Program-made: the position numbers and the translations under genes | Shown here: piece after piece, positions 17,901 through 25,297 of the stretch | How the letters are laid out: each line of letters begins with the position of its first letter | Position numbering within the stretch: the stretch's first letter is position 1 | From: Myxococcota bacterium | GTDB lineage: Bacteria > Myxococcota > Kuafuiibacteriia > Kuafuiibacteriales > Kuafuiibacteriaceae | Assembly: GCA_965223435.1 (NCBI GenBank) | Contig: CBDCWQ010000023.1 | Location: 504,752 to 568,751, forward strand | Direction: 5' to 3' | Length of the DNA stretch: 64,000 nt | The notes under the pieces: model-generated | Database searches by the model: none | The model's input: the letters and a program-made list of their open reading frames with translations, nothing else | Told to the model about the DNA's origin: nothing

Positions 17901-19275
17901 GCAGGTCCGCAAAACCCGGCCGGTAGGCGGCCACCACGCGATTGACATCGACTTCGAAGGGAAGCTTCCTGATGGTTCCGCTTTCCGTTGGCTCCGGCAG
18001 AACAAATCCGTCTTCGGGCAAAATGGCCTGAGGGAGAACCTGCGCGCTGATCCATTCCGTCGAATCTGGAGCCACGGTCGCGTTTTGATCGAGCACATAA
18101 AGACCATGATCTGAGGCGCTGAAGCCTCCAAAAGGCGCAGTCATGCTGGCACTCACGGCGGCCCGTTTAAACAGCTTGACCTGGGATTCGACTGCGCTCG
18201 GCCACATCGGAAGCTTAAATCGAAACGTTTGGGTCTGCTTGGTCGAATAGATCCACTCGCCGAGTTGGCCGTGAAACTTGATTTTGGCGATGAGCAGCTT
18301 CGGATCCGGTCCGGAACAGCTGGAAAGAGGGCACCAGGGGGCCCATCCTGGCAACCATCCGGTATCGGTGTCGCGCTCCACCATTCGATACTTCAAGTCA
18401 TGGACGCCTTTCGATTGTGCGTTTCGGTACCAAATCGGCTCCCTCCAGGCGTTGAGTGCTTTGAGCACCAAGTAGGCCTCTTCCAGCTGATGAGACGTGA
18501 TGAGCCCTACGCCAGCATGCTTATCGGCCACATAGGGGCTATCGAACGCGACGATTTGGTCTTCCTCTGTTCCCGGACGTGGCACCCGAAGTTCCTCGGC
18601 AAAAAGCAGCCTGAAGTCTTCGGCAAGCCCCAGCCCGGAAAAGAGGTTTTCTTTGTTCTTGACCTTTCCCAGATTGATGGTGTCGGCGCTCAGCGGCGAA
18701 TCCCAATAGAACCAAGCGCGGGCACGGTCGAGATCGCTTGGTACTTCAGAGTCCAGCGATGGCGCCATCAAGCCATTGAGCTCGGACAACATTTTTCGCA
18801 AGAAGGCGCGATCTTCGTCCACGCCTTGCACCAGTTCTTCTTGGTCGTAGACTCCATTCAGATTTCGGTCGATGTATCCGAGCCTATCCCGGCGTCCCCA
18901 AGCCCCTTCTGGCGGAGCGCCCAAGAGAACCGTATCGATGCCGGCCTCGAAGGTCCGGTTGCCATTGGTGTCTTGCCAGATGTGGTTTTGGGATCTGAGC
19001 ACGCTTTCAGGGGCAGGCAGTGTGGGAAGCGCTCCTGGCGAGACGGGCTGCCCCATGGCCTTCAAAAAGCGGAGCCGGTCAACCAGCGCCGGGTACAGTT
19101 TGTTTCGGAGGTAATCTTTGTGAGCCTCGGTCAGCGTCTGGCCGTCGATATCGTTTCGATAGACGGGCGTTTGGGCAACGGCGTCGGCTGCGGCGGTGGG
19201 GCCATCTTTGGATGCGATGCGGCTAGAGCACGCCGACAAGGAAATCGCGATAGTGAGTGCAATTTTTCGATACAT
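11953..19275 (-). CDS. RHS/YD-repeat polymorphic toxin (2440 aa) with a lipoprotein signal peptide and a C-terminal class-3 lipase (alpha/beta hydrolase) toxin domain
   Basis: The N-terminus MYRKIALTIAISLSAC has a lipobox. Many YD repeats are present (YDALGRP, YAYDAHQRLTQETDPDGVV, YDAYGRRTQ, YSYDTLGQLTS, YDAIGNRL). The RHS core end reads YRYYDPAEGRWLSRDPLGEASTKNLYAFLDNDPINRVDLLG. The roughly 370-aa C-terminal domain has the nucleophile elbow GHSLGGALATLFS (Lipase_3). Confidence 0.85.
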   Translation of the reverse strand: MYRKIALTIAISLSACSSRIASKDGPTAAADAVAQTPVYRNDIDGQTLTEAHKDYLRNKLYPALVDRLRFLKAMGQPVSPGALPTLPAPESVLRSQNHIWQDTNGNRTFEAGIDTVLLGAPPEGAWGRRDRLGYIDRNLNGVYDQEELVQGVDEDRAFLRKMLSELNGLMAPSLDSEVPSDLDRARAWFYWDSPLSADTINLGKVKNKENLFSGLGLAEDFRLLFAEELRVPRPGTEEDQIVAFDSPYVADKHAGVGLITSHQLEEAYLVLKALNAWREPIWYRNAQSKGVHDLKYRMVERDTDTGWLPGWAPWCPLSSCSGPDPKLLIAKIKFHGQLGEWIYSTKQTQTFRFKLPMWPSAVESQVKLFKRAAVSASMTAPFGGFSASDHGLYVLDQNATVAPDSTEWISAQVLPQAILPEDGFVLPEPTESGTIRKLPFEVDVNRVVAAYRPGFADLPPPPSAQLPLLFEHTAQTIQDTDRDDLVDVGIDLDSAMKKGGVITFQPKWGDEPQVFLPILPPNDYQHKHLGVAHYIHQGAMQKATDNIQYEKADDTLFQAYSLNTRVRNAVLLSHGGVHLKRVVVTRPRGNQVEFDFPWDPATSNFASRGFPLGINAGRTYVLHDMTPGHDTDWKYELHFESGIAHVFDRTIQRVRHIDGREQNVYSRLAMVSDGQATSDEYKVYLDWSSGRIKTLRRVFGEGTSDEATLTTTVQYDAEGRIQSLIKDDADESFRIVEGDENIIRLGPLGTGVAWTKSGETIETKLLANGRFFRQRTVLTPHGYTKEIHRSISDENGAAVSVPPEIREYQEGTTLDRYENGALKMAKVQRIQYPDGYWEEFEYDAVGKLLNPATGEPELNPTTGETITVSTGWLSRIIRPFGHFAKRETKVTYSPLASAGDTPDARQLFARPRRVLDLAPSTGAATDSIPISVGRFAFKKEGDRNTPRYIDEERRCQPGVAWDACVHRKVTERSSAIIDGEPKVSVSNRTRTTVGNTTITRERRWPHDTRRYSEHLITEGPGAGGLTHRNEESVTLSYGHAIQSTWKVTRGDTLTGESVATDIGPFGHPTTWNHDDGTSENLTQTKWHGQPEQRTHRDLSVSTYTYTVLGQPQSMTRFGRTTKRDYDATGNLIQETLYPLGEGAPLTTKIRYDALGRPVFEADAEGHETTTQYHPPGFDGFPGTITETHQPDGSRRLEYRNVDRNLNRVETYVAGEQTPYRIIRYRHRTGETGPYTETLRPDAEGNLTVVKTEAFNHLGLLSKVSRPHQGELATTRYAYDAHQRLTQETDPDGVVHLYAYDLSGQLTKTVTDLNQNGVADANDPLLDIQENVATCPEGTSCAGLLAFVRKEAKGSFSNRAVTTSYSTADRRKAARIQNGTVVFNYSRGLPTGPGAWRERLATPDVIAVQEYEGGQLKALIHKTHGDETLSTYAHSYDAYGRRTQSQTPEGTTTHTLDRRGLPKTTEMPSGTVLQRTFNFFGNVQTIQGPGGMEAFQYHPDGALARRSGTGSYTYDLEYDRFGEVSKLVTNDDVETIFERDERGLVTQKTVDGIPVESHKYTPAGRLHSRTIGNPSEAGARTATSEYDDAGRLTSFGGTPLAYDPRGRVTLVGQSALTYTEEGRIATESVPQLGDATLKRHYDAMHRLTALELVGGPHPLVFSYAYDDAGRLSRVSQGQRSGSYAYETQTQRVAAITHSVADVVRGKTELAYDESGRLTLIRTTDNQVSDAAVVYGAHKYSYNASGQVTRTDRRVYNTAALFAPSQTYTRYSYDTLGQLTSASTRISNTGELQSGRQFHYVYDAIGNRLKAGAIEPNTGEPEDSYQPSSTNQYETRNLAGALVFSGSVDEAASLTVSATRETDGLVLADNAPVDRHGSWFHARIAPGPAQGGDPIALQFKMVMPSPTGEGELVSEHSESVRLPRSGETTQSYNTFGARKTDGEHIYTWTNRGRLKTVTKDGQYQLRFGYDAFGRRTSKSVWKGANYSVKTLDRRFVYHNFHLIAEYDADPASGALTRRAYYLWGLDSSHKKGGAGGARGLLAVGRDGQSYFPVMDRNGSVTALVSGDGQVVSQYEYSPFGRLMASRGLDIQPFRYGTQYYDRETQLYAYTYRYYDPAEGRWLSRDPLGEASTKNLYAFLDNDPINRVDLLGATAHNLDGHEDQGVHWMPDDRKFNPVNAHLTSLASIIAYDTPANVRKRAKALGFENVRTIDKKIVDAQAFTAYDPKTNTALVAFRGTFSVIDGVLDLWGAPAYAPDLFGSGSVHAGFLAQFLAVKPDVLRSLQVYQAKNPERLKIVVTGHSLGGALATLFSAYGLKRKMPITATYTVGQPPVGNTNFHTAFKENLKTQKSGFFRTAHNLDLVPQVGAVAPWLRHDTTGDLIYIDRNGASHFNPSILTTLIDKGLRLTNPKEAFIDLFLFRQHKSLHYEALQRATGRTIVGR

Positions 19276-19709
19276 TCTGGCTTCCCTGCCCCAACTCTAG
19301 GGCACTGGACATGCGGAGACGCAAGGTCTCCGCAGGAATTTAGGTATACACCGCGGTGATGATTTGAATCCTGACAGGCCTCGGCGACGATGACACCGGT
19401 ACAGTCCTTGTCCGTATCCTCCTGGGAGCCCTATGAGTCCATTGGGCATCGGTGTCATCGTTGTCGAGGAGCTTTACGTGGTCGTCGCAGGCGCCATCCT
19501 GTGACTTGAGAGTTGAGCTCAGAACCGCACCATCGCAGTTGAACGGCTGAGATGTGTTTACAGCGGGTCGAATCGGCTTCCTTCCCATATGAAGCACCTA
19601 CGTACGGCCTCGTGGGTGGGGCGAAAAAAAAGAGGCGGTGTGGCGTTTTGGGGCAAAGGTTTATAGATTGAGCCAAAAACACTCGGGTTGCGGTGTGTGG
19701 TACGTCACA

Positions 19710-21266
19710 TCAGTGAAGAACAATGTGACACAGAACATAGGAAGCGAAGAGGGCCAGACCGCAGTTTCGAACCGTAGGATCTTTGCCGGTGAACAGCCCG
19801 GTTGCGAAGACCTTTTTCTTGTTTTTGGCGATGGCCGGTATCAACACAAACGCGAATGAGACCAAAATCGCGCCTGCGGCTCTTACGAGGTAGGCGGTCC
19901 CGGGCATCAGCACCGCAAAGGCATAGGTTATGGCGATGCTCAGAAAGAGGGCTGTGGCAACCCAGGTTCGTTTGGGGCTAAACAAAAAAGTTGCGCTTGC
20001 GATCAGGATCACAAATCCGTTTTTGATGTAGTAGCTTGCGGCATTGAATTGGTGGGTCAGCGCAAGTTGGGGGTTGTCATACTTGACGTAGACAAACACA
20101 AAGGCGGTTCCGACGCCGGTGAACCATGCTCCCATGATGACTCTTTTTGCGACCGAGACAACCTCTTGGTCGGTGGCATCGGGTTTGAAATAACGCTTGT
20201 AGATATCGCATGAAACCAACGTGGACACCGAATGAAAGGTCGAGTCGACGGTGCTCATCAGCGACGCAAAGAGGCCACAGAGGACAAGCCCTCGAAGGCC
20301 GACGGGAAGATACCGCTGCGCAAGAACGATGTATGCCTGGTCTGGGTCCAAAAGCGGTGTCTTCGACAAAATGACGGACATGGCGATGCCAGGGACTACA
20401 ATGATGATCGCCATGAAATATTTCAAAAAGCCTCCGACCAAGAGGCCGATCTGCGCCTGTTTGAGATTTTTAGCGGCCAACGCCCGCTGAAGAATGACCT
20501 GATTGGCACCCCAGTAGTTGAGGTTGAGGAGCAGCATGCCGAAGATGGCCGTCCAGGGCAATTTGGGGTGGCTATGGTGAAGATGGAGGTGCATCTGTTC
20601 GGGAGCCTGTTGATAGAGTTGTGAAAGACCACCGGCCGCGTGGACAGCGACGAAGACCGTAAGGAGTCCTCCGCCAAGGAGCAGCGCGAATTGGATCACG
20701 TCCGTGCGCACCACCGCATGAAGACCTCCGGCTCGGGTGTAGATGGCAGAAAAGAGTCCTAAAAAGGCTATCAGCCCCATGAGCCTGAGGGCGGGGTTTG
20801 TTCCGAAAAAGCCCAGGGCTTCAAAAAAGATTCCGTCGATGGCCAAAGCGGCCCAAAAGAGGACTTTGCCGAGGTACAAGAACGCATAGAGGACGATGGT
20901 CAAAAAAGAGTAGCCCAAGGCGATGCGAGGCCCGAACTTGGCTTCGATGAACTCGGTGATTGTGGTCACCCTGAGCCGAAGATAGATGGGCACAAATACG
21001 AAGGCCGCCAGCAACAGTCCAAAGATGGCGTTGATTTCAAATCCTGCTTGTGCCAGCCCGTATTTATACGCCGAGCCGGCATTGCCGATAAGGTGCCCAG
21101 CTGAGATGTTGGTGGCGATCGTCGAGACCGCGATGGAAAACCACCCGAGCGAGCGTGAGCTTAAGAAGAATTCGGTGGCCTTGACGCCTTTTTTGTCTCG
21201 GCTCCGAACACCGATGACCAAAAGCGCCAAAAAATAGGCCAGCACCATGAGCCCATCAAGCCACAT
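19710..21266 (-). CDS. Sodium:solute symporter (SSS/SSF family) transporter
   Basis: A 518-aa polytopic membrane protein with the SSS-type N-terminus (FFLSSRSLGWFSIAVSTIATNISAGHLIGNAGSAYKYGL) and about 13 TM segments. Confidence 0.8.
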   Translation of the reverse strand: MWLDGLMVLAYFLALLVIGVRSRDKKGVKATEFFLSSRSLGWFSIAVSTIATNISAGHLIGNAGSAYKYGLAQAGFEINAIFGLLLAAFVFVPIYLRLRVTTITEFIEAKFGPRIALGYSFLTIVLYAFLYLGKVLFWAALAIDGIFFEALGFFGTNPALRLMGLIAFLGLFSAIYTRAGGLHAVVRTDVIQFALLLGGGLLTVFVAVHAAGGLSQLYQQAPEQMHLHLHHSHPKLPWTAIFGMLLLNLNYWGANQVILQRALAAKNLKQAQIGLLVGGFLKYFMAIIIVVPGIAMSVILSKTPLLDPDQAYIVLAQRYLPVGLRGLVLCGLFASLMSTVDSTFHSVSTLVSCDIYKRYFKPDATDQEVVSVAKRVIMGAWFTGVGTAFVFVYVKYDNPQLALTHQFNAASYYIKNGFVILIASATFLFSPKRTWVATALFLSIAITYAFAVLMPGTAYLVRAAGAILVSFAFVLIPAIAKNKKKVFATGLFTGKDPTVRNCGLALFASYVLCHIVLH

Positions 21267-21333
21267 GCTGACGGAAGCTCTAAGGGCTTAGGCCTTTGAA
21301 TGCAACGCCCGGACCGGATGGCTTGGCAGGAAT

Positions 21334-23481
21334 CTACAAGAGCGGGCCGGGCGAGACGCTCACCGAGTCTACGAAGAAGAAGCCTTTGCCGACGTCACCG
21401 GTGGCGGTGTCAGGCACCCGGTGCTCGCCACCGATGGCGAAATAGCCGTTCCTGAGGGTGTTGGCACCCAACATATGCGGACCACGCGCGGTGCCGTTTG
21501 TTCCACTGAGGGGGAGGTTTTTGCCTTCGTTGTCGAGCACGCGAATTCGAAAGGTTGTCGCGTCGAGGGAAAGCTCAAGCGTGAGATCTTGGCCCTGGTT
21601 GGCATCGCTGAGTCGCCCAGAATAGACCAAGGCTCCGCGGGCACCGGGGTCATCGGTTTTGGTGAACAACGAGAGCGTGAGGCTGTCGACTTGGGCATCG
21701 TAGTCCACGGCCAAGGTGGCAGCGCCCGGAGCCCGCAGAGGGCTGTCTTCTTGGCTGACCGCCGCCAAAATGGCTCGAACGTCGGCCCCCGGCCTCGTGG
21801 TGTCGACCGAGATTTCGCGCAATCGCATTCGGTAGATGATGCTGGCATTGTCGCCGGTCCGGGAAATGGGCATGGTGGTCACCATCCCGCGTTCCTCGCT
21901 GAGGTCGAGGTCTTCGATCCCTACGCGAAACCAAACTTCTCCTAGGGCGGAACGGTCTTGTACCAATCCGTCTTCAAAGAAGCGATCTAGATTCCAAAGG
22001 CCATCGGCGAGCGGAGCCAAAAAGTCGTCAGAAAAACGGGTGGTGTTGGGGCCGGGGGCGATGGGCTCGAACGCGTAGTCGCATACCACGAGCTCTCGAC
22101 CCGAGGGGTCTTCGGGATTGGTATTGATGGGGTCTTTGCCCTCAAATTGCCACAGATTGATTCGCACCGTGTCTCGGATGAGGGCGGTTTCGTCGGCCGG
22201 GACTGGTATGGCGGCATCCGGGTACGTCCATTCTTCGATGATCACCCGATCGGGGTTGTCGTTTTGGTCCAAGCCGCCGTGATGGGCGGCAAACTCGACA
22301 GAGTCGCGCTGCCAGAGAAAACTGAACGTTGCCATGTCGCCCTCTTCAGAGAAGTCGTTGCCGCTGAGGTCGTAGGCGTGGATGTTGTTGCCCGCGCCCC
22401 CGGATACACCCTGGACGGTGAAGTAGCCATTGCCCTGAGGCGATGGCGGCAAGAAGGCCTCGGTGAACTCGATATCGATTTCGTTGGGTTGGTCGGGATC
22501 CTCCAAAAACGTGAAGAGCCCTGCGACCACATTGGGGTCGAGAGATTCGACACCCTTTTTGACGGCGAACCGGAACAGTCCATAGCCGACCGGGTCGGTC
22601 CCGATGACTTCGGCACTGTGCCATGCACCGTTTCTTTGGGTGATCGCCAGATGAAGACAGTCTTCGTTGTCGATGAACACGGCGTCGGAGAGATTGGACC
22701 ACCGATTGGGACCGGGACCCAGAAGTTCTTCATCGCCGGTCGCGGACTTGACGCGCCATTGTTGGCCTTTCCAAGTGATGGTCTGCAGACCGACGACTGT
22801 CATGGTGATTTCGGTCTCAAACATGCCCACATCGTCGAAAACTTGGACCCTCACCAGGTATTCGCCAGGTTGGAGCGGTGCGGTCCAGTCGGTTTGAACG
22901 TCGTCGGTGCTCGAGACCGAGCCCGCCTCTGGCAGCCACAGGATGCTGGGGTCTTGTTCGGAGTCATCGTCGGTTGCGACGACCTCGAGCCGAATGGTGC
23001 TGCCTATTTCGACCACGCCCTGGGTAGAGGGAAAGACGGCGTGGATCACGGGGGCGGCGTTGGCAAAACGAGGGGGCGGCTCGGTCGGCTGAAGGGTTAT
23101 GGCAACAGAATTGTTCTCGGGTGTCACCACCGGAACCATCGTGGTCCCGGTGAGCACGGGCTCAGTCGCAGAACTTGCGGTATCGAACAGCTCGAAGACC
23201 AGGGTTCGGTTGCTGCCCACCGGGATGCCCTCGACGGTGACGGATGGGGTTTCGCCGTTCCAGTCCTGGCTGATGACGACCGGGGAGGGGAGGTCGCTTC
23301 CGCTTACGGTCAAACGAAGTTGGTCGACGTCATGGGTCACGCCGCCTACCACAACAATGGTTGCTGAGGTCTTCCGTTCGGGGCCCGCTTGTTGGCCGGA
23401 ACCACACGCCAAGAGGGCCGCCGCCGTCAAAGGCAGAATCCGGCGCAGTGTGGGACAAGCAGAGTATGGTCTTGGCGACAT
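21334..23481 (-). CDS. Secreted lipoprotein with a GH16-like (concanavalin A-like glucanase) domain
   Basis: The lipobox is LLACGSG. The ExDxE catalytic-type motif NEIDIEFTEA sits in a beta-jellyroll-like context (WHSAEVIGTDPVGYGLFRFAVK...GLFTFL). N- and C-terminal Ig-like regions flank it. Confidence 0.6.
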   Translation of the reverse strand: MSPRPYSACPTLRRILPLTAAALLACGSGQQAGPERKTSATIVVVGGVTHDVDQLRLTVSGSDLPSPVVISQDWNGETPSVTVEGIPVGSNRTLVFELFDTASSATEPVLTGTTMVPVVTPENNSVAITLQPTEPPPRFANAAPVIHAVFPSTQGVVEIGSTIRLEVVATDDDSEQDPSILWLPEAGSVSSTDDVQTDWTAPLQPGEYLVRVQVFDDVGMFETEITMTVVGLQTITWKGQQWRVKSATGDEELLGPGPNRWSNLSDAVFIDNEDCLHLAITQRNGAWHSAEVIGTDPVGYGLFRFAVKKGVESLDPNVVAGLFTFLEDPDQPNEIDIEFTEAFLPPSPQGNGYFTVQGVSGGAGNNIHAYDLSGNDFSEEGDMATFSFLWQRDSVEFAAHHGGLDQNDNPDRVIIEEWTYPDAAIPVPADETALIRDTVRINLWQFEGKDPINTNPEDPSGRELVVCDYAFEPIAPGPNTTRFSDDFLAPLADGLWNLDRFFEDGLVQDRSALGEVWFRVGIEDLDLSEERGMVTTMPISRTGDNASIIYRMRLREISVDTTRPGADVRAILAAVSQEDSPLRAPGAATLAVDYDAQVDSLTLSLFTKTDDPGARGALVYSGRLSDANQGQDLTLELSLDATTFRIRVLDNEGKNLPLSGTNGTARGPHMLGANTLRNGYFAIGGEHRVPDTATGDVGKGFFFVDSVSVSPGPLL

Positions 23482-23593
23482 GTATGGGGGCCTCTTTGCG
23501 ACTCGCCCTCGGGTTTTGGACCTTTTGGCTCAGGTCTAGGCGAACACCTAAGATACTGGATCTGTTCGCTTTCATCTACCCCAAACGCGCACT

Positions 23594-25294
23594 GTGCGGC
23601 TCAAATCCGCACACCGGTGTGGATCGTGGGTATTGAGGGTGGGGTTCTTGCGACGTTGGACCCGAAGCGTCAAGGGGAGGGCTCATTGCTGCTTTTTCGG
23701 CACCTGCTTTCGTCGGGGGCGTTGTCGTCTTGGGGGATCGATAGGTGAGGAAGTGGAGCAGATTGGATTGCTGTGTCTGGAGTCACATCGTCGTTGGGCC
23801 TTGGGGCCAACGAATATTGCGCGTGCTAGGCATTACACTGTATTCTCGCGGACCGGTGGTTCTCGTTTACACGCATGGGCTTTGGGCGAAGGTGCTGATC
23901 TGGGCGCCAGTGCCACCGACCCAAAAAGCCGGATCCGCTGCACGGTGACGTTTTTGCGAAGCACTTGGTTTTGGGTTGCGCTTGTCGCCCATCCGTTGGG
24001 GGGCTGCGGTTCCTCCGATTCCTCGTGCGGATTTGGCGCGGCGTGTGACGCGGCGAACTCCAGCACGGACCCTTGTACCGGGGTTGTCTGCACGGCGTGC
24101 AACCGCTGTGAGGGTGGGGTTTGTGTGGCGGTTGAGGACGGCGGTCCGTGTATCGATGGGACGTTTTGTACCGTCAACGAGGTGTGCAGGGCCGGGGTTT
24201 GTGCGTCCGAACCGCGTGACTGCGCCCATCTGACCAGCGCATGCGTGACGGGGGTCTGCGATGAATCGAGTCGGGCCTGTGTGGGGCGGTCCGATCCCGC
24301 GCTCGACAGCGATCTTGATGGGGTCTGTAACGATGTGGACCGATGCCCGGGCGGGGACGACGGTCTCGATGACGACCAAGATCGGATTCCCAACGCGTGC
24401 GAAACGTGCCCGGGATACGACGAGGGCTTAGGACTTTCGCTCAAGTGGCCCCTTGCCGGCAAGATTTCCGAGGACTGGATCGTCTCAAACTACTTAGACC
24501 ATGATGACCGTGCGGACGAGCTCTCGGACCACACGGGCAACCAAGGTGACGCAGCCCGAACCTACGATGGCCATAACGGCGTCGACGTTTCCTTGGCCAA
24601 CTTTCGGCTCATGGACTCCGAAATTCCGGTTTTTGCGGTTGCGGCTGGCACCGTAGAAAGAACCGCGGATGGCCACCAAGACCGCAACATCAGTCGTTTC
24701 AATTGCCCTCCGTCCAATTTCGTCGACGTTCGACAGGACAATGGCTTTCTCATTCGCTACCTGCATTTCAAGAAGGGTTCGGTGATGGTGCAAGAAGGGG
24801 CTCGGGTGCTCCAGGGTCAACTGTTGGCTTTGGTGGGGAGTTCTGGCTGCTCAACCTGGCCTCACCTTCATCTTGAGATTCGGGACTGCGACCATGAGGT
24901 TGTAGATCCCTTCATTGAGGGATTGTGGGCTGAGGCGCCTCCTTACGAAGCGCCTCTTGGTCTGATGGATGTGGTCATCAATGAGGGGGGCTTTACGGCC
25001 ATCGAACAGATGCGGGATCCGCTTCCCAATGTGACCGACTTCCGGGTGGGTGAGACCATCGGAATAGGGTTGGTGATGGGGGGTGGGGTGCCCAAGGACG
25101 AGGTCTCTTTTGCTTTGGTGGACCCCGGTGGTTCTCGCTTTGCAAGCGGTGCGGTCACGTACGAAAAGCACTATCGACGGGCCTTTTGGTGGTGGAATCG
25201 CAGCCTTTCGAACGCCAGCCCAGGTGCTTGGCGGGTCGAAATCTATCAAAACGGCGTTGAGGTTCGACGGGTGGCGTTTGTCATCAAGCGCTGA
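23594..25294 (+). CDS. Cys-rich secreted protein with a C-terminal M23 (LytM/lysostaphin-type) metallopeptidase domain. The start is uncertain; an in-frame GTG at 23945 precedes a lipoprotein-like signal.
   Basis: A signal-like stretch is present (FWVALVAHPLGGCGSS). Repeated C-x3-C-x-C modules follow (CTGVVCTACNRCEGGVCVAV; CIDGTFCTVNEVCRAGVCA; CVTGVCDESSRACVG). The M23 motifs are HTGNQGDAARTYDGHNGVD, FAVAAGTV, and the HxH motif WPHLHLE. Confidence 0.75.
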   Translation: MRLKSAHRCGSWVLRVGFLRRWTRSVKGRAHCCFFGTCFRRGRCRLGGSIGEEVEQIGLLCLESHRRWALGPTNIARARHYTVFSRTGGSRLHAWALGEGADLGASATDPKSRIRCTVTFLRSTWFWVALVAHPLGGCGSSDSSCGFGAACDAANSSTDPCTGVVCTACNRCEGGVCVAVEDGGPCIDGTFCTVNEVCRAGVCASEPRDCAHLTSACVTGVCDESSRACVGRSDPALDSDLDGVCNDVDRCPGGDDGLDDDQDRIPNACETCPGYDEGLGLSLKWPLAGKISEDWIVSNYLDHDDRADELSDHTGNQGDAARTYDGHNGVDVSLANFRLMDSEIPVFAVAAGTVERTADGHQDRNISRFNCPPSNFVDVRQDNGFLIRYLHFKKGSVMVQEGARVLQGQLLALVGSSGCSTWPHLHLEIRDCDHEVVDPFIEGLWAEAPPYEAPLGLMDVVINEGGFTAIEQMRDPLPNVTDFRVGETIGIGLVMGGGVPKDEVSFALVDPGGSRFASGAVTYEKHYRRAFWWWNRSLSNASPGAWRVEIYQNGVEVRRVAFVIKR

Positions 25295-25297
25295 TCG

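Noticed and set aside
15292-19359. Plus-strand ORFs 15292..16359 (355 aa) and 18229..19359 (376 aa)
   Set aside because: Both are antisense to the RHS gene, which has a coherent YD-repeat and lipase architecture. They have no recognisable domains.
19340-19682. Small ORFs 19340..19597(-) and 19455..19682(-) in the RHS upstream intergenic region
   Set aside because: There are no recognisable motifs, composition is odd, and they overlap each other. This is more likely the promoter and 5' leader of the RHS gene than a chaperone or immunity gene.
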